From contig CAZBUH010000001.1 of NCBI GenBank assembly GCA_964495095.1, forward strand, positions 2,491 to 66,490: a DNA stretch of 64,000 nucleotides, in the 5' to 3' direction. Below the pieces are notes generated by a model. The model was not told where the DNA came from and ran no database searches. It saw nothing but the letters and a program-made list of their open reading frames with translations. A program made the position numbers and the translations under genes. Source of the stretch: an uncultured Oscillospiraceae bacterium. GTDB taxonomy: Bacteria > Bacillota > Clostridia > Oscillospirales > Oscillospiraceae. Position 1 is the stretch's first letter, and every line of letters begins with the position of its first letter. Shown piece by piece: positions 18,966 through 28,224 of the stretch.

Positions 18966-19931
18966 ATGGCATTAGTAACAACTACTGAAATGTTCAAGAA
19001 AGCCTATAACGGCGGCTACGCTATCGGCGCTTTCAATGTGAACAACATGGAGATCGTCCAGGGCATTACGGAGGCCGCCAAAGAGGTCAACGCTCCGCTG
19101 ATCCTCCAGGTATCCAAGGGCGCCCGCGCCTATGCAAATCACACATATCTTGTAAAGCTGGTGGAGGCCGCCATTATCGAGACCGGTCTGCCCATCTGCC
19201 TGCACCTTGACCACGGCGACAGCTTCGAGACCTGCAAATCCTGCGTTGACGGCGGTTTTACCTCCGTTATGATCGACGCTTCCAGCAAACCTTTTAATGA
19301 GAACATAGAGATTACAAAAAAGGTTGTGGAATACGCCCATGACCATGGGGTTGTGGTAGAGGCCGAGCTTGGCACTCTGGCCGGTGTTGAGGATGAAGTT
19401 AAGGTCTCTGCCGAGGATTCCTCTTACACACACCCTGAAGAGGTTGAGGAATTCGTCACAAAGACCGGCTGCGACTCGCTGGCTATCGCCATCGGCACAT
19501 CTCACGGCGCATATAAGTTCACCCCCGAGCAGTGCACCCGCAATGAGCAGGGTATCCTTGTGCCGCCTCCGCTCCGCTTCGACGTGTTGGAGGAGGTCTC
19601 CAGACGCCTGCCCGGATTCCCGATAGTCCTCCACGGCTCATCCTCAGTACCCCAGGAGTTCGTTAAGATGGTAAACGAAAACGGCGGCAACATGCCCAAC
19701 GCCATCGGCGTTCCTGAGGAGCAGCTCCGCAAGGCCGCTTCGATGTCCGTCTGCAAGATAAACATCGACTCCGACCTGCGTCTTGCCATGACCGGCACCA
19801 TACGCCAGTATTTGAACGAGCATCCCGCGGACTTTGATCCCCGCCAGTATCTGAAGCCCGCACGTGCCGCTATAAAAGAGCTTGTAAAGCACAAGCTTGT
19901 GGATGTGCTCGGCTGCGCCGGCAAGGCATAA
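18966..19931 (+). CDS. fba: class II fructose-1,6-bisphosphate aldolase
   Basis: 321 aa with FNVNNME, LHLDHG and GTSHGAYKF motifs. Confidence 0.92.
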   Translation: MALVTTTEMFKKAYNGGYAIGAFNVNNMEIVQGITEAAKEVNAPLILQVSKGARAYANHTYLVKLVEAAIIETGLPICLHLDHGDSFETCKSCVDGGFTSVMIDASSKPFNENIEITKKVVEYAHDHGVVVEAELGTLAGVEDEVKVSAEDSSYTHPEEVEEFVTKTGCDSLAIAIGTSHGAYKFTPEQCTRNEQGILVPPPLRFDVLEEVSRRLPGFPIVLHGSSSVPQEFVKMVNENGGNMPNAIGVPEEQLRKAASMSVCKINIDSDLRLAMTGTIRQYLNEHPADFDPRQYLKPARAAIKELVKHKLVDVLGCAGKA

Positions 19932-20000
19932 GAGCAAAAAAACTATGGCAGGTATTCGGTCCACGGATGCCTGCCTTTTATTGTAAGAGGAGGCGAAAAT

Positions 20001-20747
20001 GTGAAGCTTAAAAATATCCCCGGTGGGGAATATATAATTTTTGCGGCGCTGTCGCTTTTATTCCTGCTTCTTGGAATATTTATAAGCGGATCATCGCCGC
20101 TGGCCATGTTTTTCTGCCTGCTGTCATTTCTGATTTCAGGCTTCTCCACAATATCTGCGGCGGGCAAAAACGCCATATGGCGCAAAAACGTGGACGAGAG
20201 GCTTATCGTTTCCGGCTGCTGCGCTGCGGCGTTTCTCAGCGGACATTATATTGACGGCGCGGTGTCAATGCTCGTTTTTCAGCTATTGTACCCGCTGAGG
20301 AACGATTTGGCGATGTACGCCGTAAAAAATGATTTTCTGCCGGCAGAGAGGGAGATCAAGGCGGTGCGCCTTGGCAGGCTTCTGCTGATTCCCGCCGCCG
20401 CTGTAGTCGATTTACTCCTTATTTTTGCCTTTAAGCTGCCGGCAGGGGAGACGGCGTATCGGACGGCTGGAATTCTGGTGCCGCTGTTTCCGACGGTCAT
20501 CCTGATGTTCATAACGGCTGTCAGGCAGAACTTTAAGGATAAAATAAAGTTTTCCGGCTTTCTCTATCTGCTCACTGTAATGTCGATGATAAAAATTATT
20601 ACGGCGGTACTTATGGGAATGGGTATTATAAATGCCTGGGCTGTGATATTAATCGATTACAGTGCGTCGGCAGCCGCCGAAGGAGCTGTGATTTTACTGA
20701 TGCAGAGCGCCCATCTCTATTGTAAAAAAACCGGTAATGATATATAA
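20001..20747 (+). CDS. polytopic membrane protein of unknown function (resembles only the membrane core of P1B-type ATPases)
   Basis: GTG start 7 nt after an AGGAGG RBS; ~6-7 hydrophobic segments. The segment GKNAIWRKNVDERLIVSGCCAAAFLSGHYIDGAVSMLVFQLLYPL resembles the TM region of heavy-metal P-type ATPases. No A, P or N domains are present. Confidence 0.55.
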   Translation: MKLKNIPGGEYIIFAALSLLFLLLGIFISGSSPLAMFFCLLSFLISGFSTISAAGKNAIWRKNVDERLIVSGCCAAAFLSGHYIDGAVSMLVFQLLYPLRNDLAMYAVKNDFLPAEREIKAVRLGRLLLIPAAAVVDLLLIFAFKLPAGETAYRTAGILVPLFPTVILMFITAVRQNFKDKIKFSGFLYLLTVMSMIKIITAVLMGMGIINAWAVILIDYSASAAAEGAVILLMQSAHLYCKKTGNDI

Positions 20748-20788
20748 TTACTCTATTATCAGGATAATTTTATTGGGAGCCGTATAGT

Positions 20789-22150
20789 ATGGATTTCAGG
20801 CATATTGTAATAAAACATAATATGAAGTCCCGAAAATTCAGTCCTACAAGAATAATCATTTTTGTATTTATTGCCATTATAGCCGTGGGGACGCTGCTGC
20901 TTATGCTCCCGGTTTCATCGGCCTCCGGCGAATTTACGGACCCATTTACTGCGCTTTTTACTGCCACGTCCGCCACCTGTGTTACGGGTCTTGTGGTAAG
21001 GGATACATATGCGTATTGGAGCACCTTTGGCCAGATCATTATACTCATAATGATACAGGCCGGAGGGCTTGGCTTTATGAGTATCGTATCCATTTTCTTC
21101 TTCCTTATGAATAAGAAAATCGGCCTGAGGGAGAGGCTCCTTATGATGCAGAGCCTGAACCTCAATGATTTGGGCGGCGTTGTGAGCATCTCAAAGCATA
21201 TCCTGCTGGGTACGCTTATTTTTGAAGGACTTGGAGCGGCGATACTTTCGCTGTGCTTTGTACCCGCCCAGGGATTACGGGGAATATGGATGGGCATATT
21301 TCATTCGGTGTCGGCCTTCTGCAACGCGGGCTTTGATATTATAGGCAGCACCAGCGTCATGCCATACAGTAATAACCCGATTGTGCTTCTGACTCTGGCA
21401 GCCCTTGTGGTTATAGGCGGCCTTGGGTTCTTTGTCTGGGAGGATCTTATACGTCTTTTCCGCAGGAAAAAACGGCTTACGGTTTATACAAAGATAGTAC
21501 TTGTGTCTACCGGTATACTGCTTGCAGGCGGTACCGTCTGTTTTTTGATAACAGAATACGCCAATCCGGAAACCTTAGGCGGGATGAGCGCTCCCTATAA
21601 GCTGCTGCACGCGTTTTTCCAGTCCGTTACTACGAGAACTGCGGGATTCGATGCTGTGGGGCAGGAAAAACTTACCGACACCTCAAAAATGCTCTCCATA
21701 ATTCTTATGCTCATCGGCGGCTCAGGTGGCTCGACAGCCGGCGGTATCAAAACCGTGACCGTCTCGGTGCTGTTTTTATCGGTGATAGCAGCTTTCCGCG
21801 GCAAACGGGAGCTTGTGATATTCGGGCGGCGGATTTCTGACACAAATATCAGCAACGCCGTCGCCGTCGCCGTTATGGGAGTATCCATCGCGCTGATTTC
21901 AGGTATGCTCATATCCTTTATAAACGGTATCCCGATGCTGGACTCCCTGTATGAAGCGGCCTCGGCTTACGGCACCGTGGGCCTTACGTCTGGGGTGACC
22001 GGTGCTGCAAATACCGTGTCGAAGGTAATACTTATAATCTGCATGTTTGCCGGCAAGGTCGGCGTTACCACAATAAGCGTCGCGTTTATGGTGAACAGGA
22101 GCAGTAATTCCAATATACGATATCCAAGCGAAAACATCATGATAGGCTGA
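20789..22150 (+). CDS. ktrB: TrkH/KtrB family potassium uptake protein
   Basis: 453 aa, polytopic, with repeated selectivity-filter-like MPM motifs (TATSATCVTGL, VSAFCNAGF, TTRTAGF, GTVGLTSG). Confidence 0.88.
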   Translation: MDFRHIVIKHNMKSRKFSPTRIIIFVFIAIIAVGTLLLMLPVSSASGEFTDPFTALFTATSATCVTGLVVRDTYAYWSTFGQIIILIMIQAGGLGFMSIVSIFFFLMNKKIGLRERLLMMQSLNLNDLGGVVSISKHILLGTLIFEGLGAAILSLCFVPAQGLRGIWMGIFHSVSAFCNAGFDIIGSTSVMPYSNNPIVLLTLAALVVIGGLGFFVWEDLIRLFRRKKRLTVYTKIVLVSTGILLAGGTVCFLITEYANPETLGGMSAPYKLLHAFFQSVTTRTAGFDAVGQEKLTDTSKMLSIILMLIGGSGGSTAGGIKTVTVSVLFLSVIAAFRGKRELVIFGRRISDTNISNAVAVAVMGVSIALISGMLISFINGIPMLDSLYEAASAYGTVGLTSGVTGAANTVSKVILIICMFAGKVGVTTISVAFMVNRSSNSNIRYPSENIMIG

Positions 22151-22163
22151 GCGGAGGGATAGA

Positions 22164-22814
22164 GTGAAGATGAAAACTTTTGCAGTTATCGGAATAGGCC
22201 GTTTCGGTCAGGCCGTGGCAGAACGCCTTTACGAGATGGGACATGAGGTTTTGGCTGTAGATACGGACGATGAACGGATACAGGAGATATCTGACAAGGT
22301 CACCCATGCGGTGGTGGCCGACGCAAAAGACGCCGACACGCTGGCAAGTCTCGGCGTAAGAAATTACGACTGCGCCGTTGTGTCTATAGGCGAAAATATT
22401 GCCGACAGCACACTTGTTACACTATCTCTCAAAGAGGCGGGGGTGGCTAACATAATATGTAAGGCGAAAAATGAGCAGCACAAAAAAATACTGCTTAAGA
22501 TAGGCGCCGATAAGGTCATAATCCCGGAGGAGGAGATGGGGAAAAAAGTCGCTTCCCAGCTTGCCTCCACAAATCTCATGGGTTTTCTGGAGCTGTCCGA
22601 CAACTACAGCATATCAGAGATAAAAGCTCCGGCCAAATGGGTAGGGAAGTCGGTCGCCGCTTTGGATGTGCGGAATAAATGCCATGTGAATATTGCCGCG
22701 GTAAAAGAGGCGGGCAGGGATATGAATGTGACGATAGGCGCCGACTACAGCTTTAAGTCTGACGATATAATCGTGGTCATAGGCAGAAGACAGGATGTTG
22801 AAGCGCTGCAATAA
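22164..22814 (+). CDS. ktrA: TrkA/KtrA family potassium uptake regulatory subunit
   Basis: 216 aa with an RCK N-terminal Rossmann motif (VIGIGRFGQAVA) and an RCK_C part. Confidence 0.88.
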   Translation: MKMKTFAVIGIGRFGQAVAERLYEMGHEVLAVDTDDERIQEISDKVTHAVVADAKDADTLASLGVRNYDCAVVSIGENIADSTLVTLSLKEAGVANIICKAKNEQHKKILLKIGADKVIIPEEEMGKKVASQLASTNLMGFLELSDNYSISEIKAPAKWVGKSVAALDVRNKCHVNIAAVKEAGRDMNVTIGADYSFKSDDIIVVIGRRQDVEALQ

Positions 22815-22857
22815 AAGATAAAATAAAAAAGACGGGCTGAGGCTGCGAAAGCAGAGA

Positions 22858-22900
22858 CTTGGGGCACCCTCCGTAAGGAAGGTGCCCCAAGGTGTGTTTT
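22858..22900 (+). terminator. rho-independent terminator after ktrA
   Basis: 11-bp stem CTTGGGGCACC / GGTGCCCCAAG followed by GTGTGTTTT. Confidence 0.75.
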
Positions 22901-22975
22901 ATCCAAAATTTATTTTGTTGAGCGGGTTGGAGATTTAATCCCGCTGATATTTTTCGTCGTTCGATGAACTGGAAA

Positions 22976-23497
22976 TTATTTTGCTAACAGTTTTTGAAAA
23001 TACAATTCAAATCTTGGATCAGCCTTTAATTTTGTGAGACCGAAATCCTTGATCCTTTCTAATAATTCATCCCGCAAAAATTTTTGGTATGATTCATCTT
23101 CTGAATACTTATGAAATATGCAGTCGCCTTTTTCAATCGAAATCATAATCTCTTCATAGATATTCTCAATCTTTTCTTCGCAAACAACGGGAACAGTGCG
23201 CTCACAGACCAGTTCTGGTTCCCAACCGGTCTGGTCTAAAAGAAATCCTTTTTCCATAAGTCCATACAAAGAGCAGGATTTTCCTAAATATATCCTTTTT
23301 AGCGCATTTGGATAGCACTCATAGATAACAGGTTTTCCATTTAGCTCATCCATAAGGATATCAAAATCATCTTTAGGAGCGCCAAAGAAAATTGCCGTTA
23401 TTCTATTATTGATAGCATAAACATACTTCTTTGCATGAGTAGACGCTTGAGGAATCAATTCTTTTAGTCCCGCCTGTTTGGATGCATGATATATCAA
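22976..23497 (-). CDS. hypothetical protein (AT-rich orphan)
   Basis: 173-aa ORF with a TTG start and an AGGGG RBS ~10 nt upstream. It is visibly AT-richer than its flanks. No family was recognised and there is no TM or signal peptide. Confidence 0.55.
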   Translation of the reverse strand: MIYHASKQAGLKELIPQASTHAKKYVYAINNRITAIFFGAPKDDFDILMDELNGKPVIYECYPNALKRIYLGKSCSLYGLMEKGFLLDQTGWEPELVCERTVPVVCEEKIENIYEEIMISIEKGDCIFHKYSEDESYQKFLRDELLERIKDFGLTKLKADPRFELYFQKLLAK

Positions 23498-23642
23498 ACT
23501 CTCGTACCCCTATCAATCTTGGTTTGGCGCTTAGACATGAAAAATTATACTACATTTTGTAGAATTTATATTAGAAAAAACAATTGATTACATAGAAGCT
23601 GTTTTTCCGCAGCTTCTGCCGGACTGTTTTTTCATTCAGCCG

Positions 23643-24764
23643 TTATCTTCCGGCCAGGAATACGTTGCTATCGCTGGAGAAGTTGTCGGCGCTGTAGCTT
23701 ACCAGCACACAGTCGATATTGTTTTCCTGAATATACTCCTGAATGCTCATTTTATAATACCTCAGGTCTATTATATGGATGTTTGAAAAGTGGGCGAAAA
23801 AGTAGGGGCTTTCGCTGTCCATATATGAATCCCGGAGTATAAGGAGGTTGGGCAGGTCCGCGTTCCCCGTGTCTATAGTGAGAAGGGGAGTGTTGCCGCC
23901 GTAGAACATGGAGTATTTATCTTTCTTTTCAAGATAGCTGTAGTCGTAAAGCTTACCTTCATGCGCCGTGCCGTCGGAATAGTTGGTTACTGTGACGCCC
24001 TCCTCCGGGACATAGGTGGTTATGGTGTCAGGGGAGACCCAGCGCATACCGGAGCTTGAGTACACAGTGCCGTAAAAGCTGTCCGTAACCTCGTCTGCCT
24101 CGTAATTTTCCAGAGGCACAGGCTGCAGACCCATCTTTTCCGCCACGGCGCAATAGCCGTAGTAGGCGCCAAGGGTGGTCCAGTGGTGGTCGGTGCGGTA
24201 GAAAATATATTCGTCCTTATGGGGCTCCAGAGCAGAATAGATATCCACATTGTTTGCCTGGGATTTTTTGTAGATGTAGTCTATAAGCTCAAGCTGGTCG
24301 CAGTTGGGAGCGCCCTCCGGCATCTTGTAGTCCCAAATTTTCGCTGCTCCCGGTATGATAGAGAGGTATACCGGCACACCGGCATTTTCCGCAAGGGTAT
24401 TTACGGCGGTTATATTCCTGTCCACAACGGTGTAATCAGGCTCATCAAAGCGCTCTATCAGAGTTTCTCCCTCACAGAGATACACTCCGTTATTCTCTTT
24501 TTTTCCAAGGGCCAGCTCCGCATAGGATTTAAGGCTTATCCAGCCGTCCCGGCCGGCAAACTGGTCTGTGACGTAGCTTTCAAAATCCGACATAAATTCC
24601 CCGCTGAAAAGGGAGGAGAAGGAGAAAGCCGGACGCTGGGCCAGAGTGCGGTTTTCCATCTCTGAAAAATCCTTTGATGGGACTATCAGATTTACAATGA
24701 AAAATCCGAAAATAAAGACGAGAAACAGCGACACTGTTACTATACTGCAAACTTTTTTACTCAT
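23643..24764 (-). CDS. DHHW family protein (acyl-group handling partner of MBOAT)
   Basis: Contains YRTDHHWTTLGAYYGY and an N-terminal membrane anchor. ATG 24764 (MSKKVCS..) is preferred: an AGAGG RBS precedes it, and the 24845 extension overlaps the MBOAT gene. Confidence 0.85.
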   Translation of the reverse strand: MSKKVCSIVTVSLFLVFIFGFFIVNLIVPSKDFSEMENRTLAQRPAFSFSSLFSGEFMSDFESYVTDQFAGRDGWISLKSYAELALGKKENNGVYLCEGETLIERFDEPDYTVVDRNITAVNTLAENAGVPVYLSIIPGAAKIWDYKMPEGAPNCDQLELIDYIYKKSQANNVDIYSALEPHKDEYIFYRTDHHWTTLGAYYGYCAVAEKMGLQPVPLENYEADEVTDSFYGTVYSSSGMRWVSPDTITTYVPEEGVTVTNYSDGTAHEGKLYDYSYLEKKDKYSMFYGGNTPLLTIDTGNADLPNLLILRDSYMDSESPYFFAHFSNIHIIDLRYYKMSIQEYIQENNIDCVLVSYSADNFSSDSNVFLAGR

Positions 24765-24775
24765 TGTTCGTACCT

Positions 24776-26176
24776 CTAAAATCTGAAATACAGGAAGGGA
24801 TTGTACGTGGCGTCCACAAGATAGGCGGTGGAAAGGACAAGGCAAATAAGAATCAGAGCCGGTATGGCAAGGTTTCTGGTTCTCTCAGGTATTTTGCTGA
24901 AAACGGTTTTTGCAAGGGGAGTGCAGGCGACGCACAGGATAATAAGCGTAACGCCGTAGTTTCTTAGATAATACAGCACGGAGTCTGAGATGAGGCCCGC
25001 GGAGCCTATGCCGAACATCGACCCAATATATGTGACGCAGGACGTAAGGCTCTCGTTTGCGAAAATTGCCCAGCCTACTATCACGAAGAACATGGTGTAT
25101 ATGTGGGCCACAAATCCAGGGGCTTTCTCAAGCCATTTCAGAAGAAACGCCTTCTCAACCATCAGCAGCACAGCGTAGTACAGGCCCCATATGATAAAAT
25201 TCCAGTTTGCCCCGTGCCACATTCCGGTAAGCATCCAGACCACTAAAATATTGAAAAAATTCCTGTATTTTTTGCATCTGTTTCCGCCCATGGGGATATA
25301 GACGTATTCCCTGAACCATGTGCCCAGGGAGATGTGCCATCTGCGCCAAAACTCGCTTATGCTTTTTGAGATATAGGGATAGTTGAAGTTTTCCAAAAAT
25401 TCAAAACCGAACATCCGTCCAAGGCCAACGGCCATATCCGAATAGCCGGAGAAGTCGAAATAAATCTGAAAGGTGTAGGCGATAGCTCCCAGCCAGGCAC
25501 CGGCAACGGTCAGCTCGCCGGCGGGAACGGCTTTGTACACATCCCACAGCATGCCTATGCTGTTTGCCAAAAGCACCTTTTTGCCGAGACCCACAATAAA
25601 TCGCTCAACGCCGGAGGCAAATTTATCCACGGAATGCTCCCGCTGCTGGAGCTGGTCGGCTATGTCCTTATACCGGACTATGGGGCCGGCTATAAGCTGA
25701 GGAAAAAGGGAAACATAGGAGCCGAAATTTATTATATTTTTCTGAGCTTTGGCTTCGCCCCGGTAAATATCAATGGTGTAGGACATTGTCTGGAAGGTAT
25801 AGAAGGAGATACCGATGGGAAGGGGAATGCCCAGAGGCTTTATAAAGTCAAGTCCCGGAATTCTGGCCAGATTTACCGCAAAGAAGTCAAAATATTTAAA
25901 GAACATCAAAAGCGACAGGTTTATTACCACGGAGGACACTACGAACTTTTTCGCCAGTCTGTCGTTTGACCTGTATTTTTCCACAAGCATTCCGTGGATA
26001 TAGTCCACCAGTGTGGAGAAAATCATTATAAGTACGTATACGGGCTCGCCCCAGCCGTAAAAAATCAGGTTTGCTATAAAGAGAAAAATATTGCGTATTT
26101 TCAGCGGGCATATATAATAAATCGCCAGCACTGCCGCAAGATATATAAAAATAAAAAGTATACTGGAAAATACCAT
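24776..26176 (-). CDS. MBOAT family O-acyltransferase (AlgI/DltB/PatA-like)
   Basis: Polytopic, with a conserved His block (WRRWHISLGTWFREYVYIPMGG) and WHGANW. ATG 26176 (MVFSSIL..) is preferred over TTG 26188. Confidence 0.88.
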   Translation of the reverse strand: MVFSSILFIFIYLAAVLAIYYICPLKIRNIFLFIANLIFYGWGEPVYVLIMIFSTLVDYIHGMLVEKYRSNDRLAKKFVVSSVVINLSLLMFFKYFDFFAVNLARIPGLDFIKPLGIPLPIGISFYTFQTMSYTIDIYRGEAKAQKNIINFGSYVSLFPQLIAGPIVRYKDIADQLQQREHSVDKFASGVERFIVGLGKKVLLANSIGMLWDVYKAVPAGELTVAGAWLGAIAYTFQIYFDFSGYSDMAVGLGRMFGFEFLENFNYPYISKSISEFWRRWHISLGTWFREYVYIPMGGNRCKKYRNFFNILVVWMLTGMWHGANWNFIIWGLYYAVLLMVEKAFLLKWLEKAPGFVAHIYTMFFVIVGWAIFANESLTSCVTYIGSMFGIGSAGLISDSVLYYLRNYGVTLIILCVACTPLAKTVFSKIPERTRNLAIPALILICLVLSTAYLVDATYNPFLYFRF

Positions 26177-26188
26177 TGGACACCTCAA

Positions 26189-27193
26189 TTAATTTTTTTC
26201 TTCTTTTTTATAAGCGGCGAGGGGATTCATAACAGCGGCCTCGCGGAGATTCTGATCGTCTACGTGGGTGTATATTTCGGTGGTGTTCAAATGCTCGTGA
26301 CCCAGCAGCTCCTGCAGGGTTCTGACATCCACGCCGTTGTGCAGCATAAGCGTGGCGGCAGTATGCCGGAGCTTGTGAGCGGAATACTTGGTGCTGTCTA
26401 TCCCGGCGTATGCAAGGTGTTTTTTTACGAGGTTATGTACGGTGGAACGGCTTATGCGCTTTCTTTGGGCCGAGAGGAAAAGTGCGTTTTTATCCACCGC
26501 CGCGATATTTTTGCGTATATCAAGATACTGGTTTATAGCATCGGCGCAGGCGTCGTTCAGGAAAACCATGCGCTCCTTATTTCCCTTGCCAAGTACCCTG
26601 ATGGAATCCGGCCGGATATCTGTGAGATTTAAGCCCACAAGCTCAGATATACGCAATCCGCAGTTTAAAAAAATTGTCAGGATGCAAAAATCACGTTCCC
26701 GGTTTTTTCCATCAACAGAATTTAAAAGCTGTATACTTTCGTCAAGGGTCAGATAGTGGGGAAGTGACTTCATAATTTTCGGAGAGTCCAGGTCCTCAAG
26801 AGGATTTGTCTCCAGTATTCCGGCCTTTGTGGAAAGGTACTTGTAATAGGAACGGAGAGTTGAAATTTTTCTGGCCCTTGAGGTGGCGCCGAGCCCGTAA
26901 TCGGTGGAGCGGCTGTTCTGGTGCTTTGCCCGGTCCCTTGCCAAAAAGCCGAGAAAATCGTAAACATCGGAAAGGGTTACGGATTTTACAAAATCGGCGT
27001 CAACGTCTGAGATGGTTATGCTCTCAAACTCCGTATCCCTGGGGACGATATTACGTTTGATTTTCATATATCTAAAGAACATGCGCAAATCGAGATAGTA
27101 TTCGTCCACGGTTTTTCTCGAGTGGCCCTTGACCGTCTCGTGATATGTGAGGAAATTCCTTATAATCTCAGGCGCTTCATTCCGGTAATCCAT
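26189..27193 (-). CDS. tyrosine recombinase (XerC/XerD-like)
   Basis: 334 aa with an N-terminal SAM-like core-binding domain. The catalytic set R..K..HKLRHT..LLGHEHLNTTEIYTHV carries the R-H-R-Y signature. Confidence 0.88.
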   Translation of the reverse strand: MDYRNEAPEIIRNFLTYHETVKGHSRKTVDEYYLDLRMFFRYMKIKRNIVPRDTEFESITISDVDADFVKSVTLSDVYDFLGFLARDRAKHQNSRSTDYGLGATSRARKISTLRSYYKYLSTKAGILETNPLEDLDSPKIMKSLPHYLTLDESIQLLNSVDGKNRERDFCILTIFLNCGLRISELVGLNLTDIRPDSIRVLGKGNKERMVFLNDACADAINQYLDIRKNIAAVDKNALFLSAQRKRISRSTVHNLVKKHLAYAGIDSTKYSAHKLRHTAATLMLHNGVDVRTLQELLGHEHLNTTEIYTHVDDQNLREAAVMNPLAAYKKEEKN

Positions 27194-27340
27194 TTAAAAA
27201 CAGCCTTTCACAAAATATCTGGATTATTATACAACAGAATACCGCTTTTTTCAATTATCAATTAGCATGTGCGAAAATCATAGTTTCCGACTTAAACGCT
27301 CCCTGGGGATAGTAGAACAGGGGGAATTAATAAAAGCAGA

Positions 27341-27372
27341 AAATTGAACAAAATAAAAATTTTGTTCAATTT
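27341..27372 (-). terminator. AT-rich hairpin terminator after gene 27403..28173
   Basis: Perfect 14-bp palindrome arms AAATTGAACAAAAT / ATTTTGTTCAATTT with an AAAA loop. Confidence 0.6.
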
Positions 27373-27402
27373 AGGGGAGCGGAAAACAGGTAAAAGGCCC
27401 TT

Positions 27403-28173
27403 TCACACGGTATATTCAAAACCCGGCAGTATCGAGCCTATATCAAAACACGGCCGGTCTGTAAGGTACACTATTTTAAGACCCAGCTTACTTATATAGT
27501 TCTCAATTCTGTCTTTGTCAGGATGGTTATTAAGCTTTCCTGTGAACGCTATTGTGTCCGCATCCAGCTTTCCGCAGGCGCCGCCGATAAAGCCTGTATT
27601 ATATCCAGGCAGTTCAATAAATCCCGGACTTATCAAAAGAGCTTCTATGCCGTGCATTACAGCGGCCTTATGGATGCCTGTATCTGATGTGATTACAGCG
27701 CTGCGGCTCAGCACACACACCGAGCATTTTGAATAGCCCTGATTTACATTCACAGGCTTAAACCTTTTATATAAAAGCTCCTTTGCTTTGGAATCAGTAT
27801 ATTTTTCATTGTGTATAACATACTCTCCAATAACACAGGCGTTTAAACCGATATCCAGCGGATAGTCCGGGGACTGCTCCTTCTGCGCTTCAAAAACATT
27901 TATGCCCCTATTCGTTAAAAAATTAACGAATAGGGGCATCCCCTTTGCGCATACATAATCTGAAGCTCCGCAGTGCAGCACCGACATGTCGGCATGGCCC
28001 GATATTCCCGGCTGCAAATTTCTGTTATCAGGAACTATTATGATAGAAATATCGCGTTTTTTCAAGCTATCAGCCAAAATATCGGCATATTTTTCGCCGA
28101 TAATTACAGTGGACACCTTTCCTGCGGGCAAGTTTGGATTTTTTACCGGCCTTTCTTTTGCAGTTTTTTTCAT
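27403..28173 (-). CDS. conserved hypothetical protein
   Basis: 256-aa soluble protein. The motifs SGHADMSVLH and TGFIGGACGKL were noted, but no confident family assignment was possible. Confidence 0.6.
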   Translation of the reverse strand: MKKTAKERPVKNPNLPAGKVSTVIIGEKYADILADSLKKRDISIIIVPDNRNLQPGISGHADMSVLHCGASDYVCAKGMPLFVNFLTNRGINVFEAQKEQSPDYPLDIGLNACVIGEYVIHNEKYTDSKAKELLYKRFKPVNVNQGYSKCSVCVLSRSAVITSDTGIHKAAVMHGIEALLISPGFIELPGYNTGFIGGACGKLDADTIAFTGKLNNHPDKDRIENYISKLGLKIVYLTDRPCFDIGSILPGFEYTV

Positions 28174-28224
28174 ATAAACCTCTTAAGCTCCATAAAATAA
28201 TGTATAAATTCTGGAGGCGATTTT

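Noticed and set aside
19932-20000. c-di-AMP (ydaO-type) riboswitch upstream of the ktr genes
   Set aside because: The intergenic regions (69 nt and 41 nt) are too short. The first is largely occupied by the fba terminator and an RBS.
25994-26632. 212-aa + strand ORF
   Set aside because: It is antisense to the MBOAT 5' end and the tyrosine recombinase catalytic region.
27203-27402. 9-nt direct repeat CCTTTCACA at both ends of the recombinase upstream intergenic region; possible invertible-promoter boundaries
   Set aside because: The copies are direct, not inverted. One overlaps the recombinase RBS and the other overlaps the stop codon of the upstream gene. No flanking inverted repeats were found.
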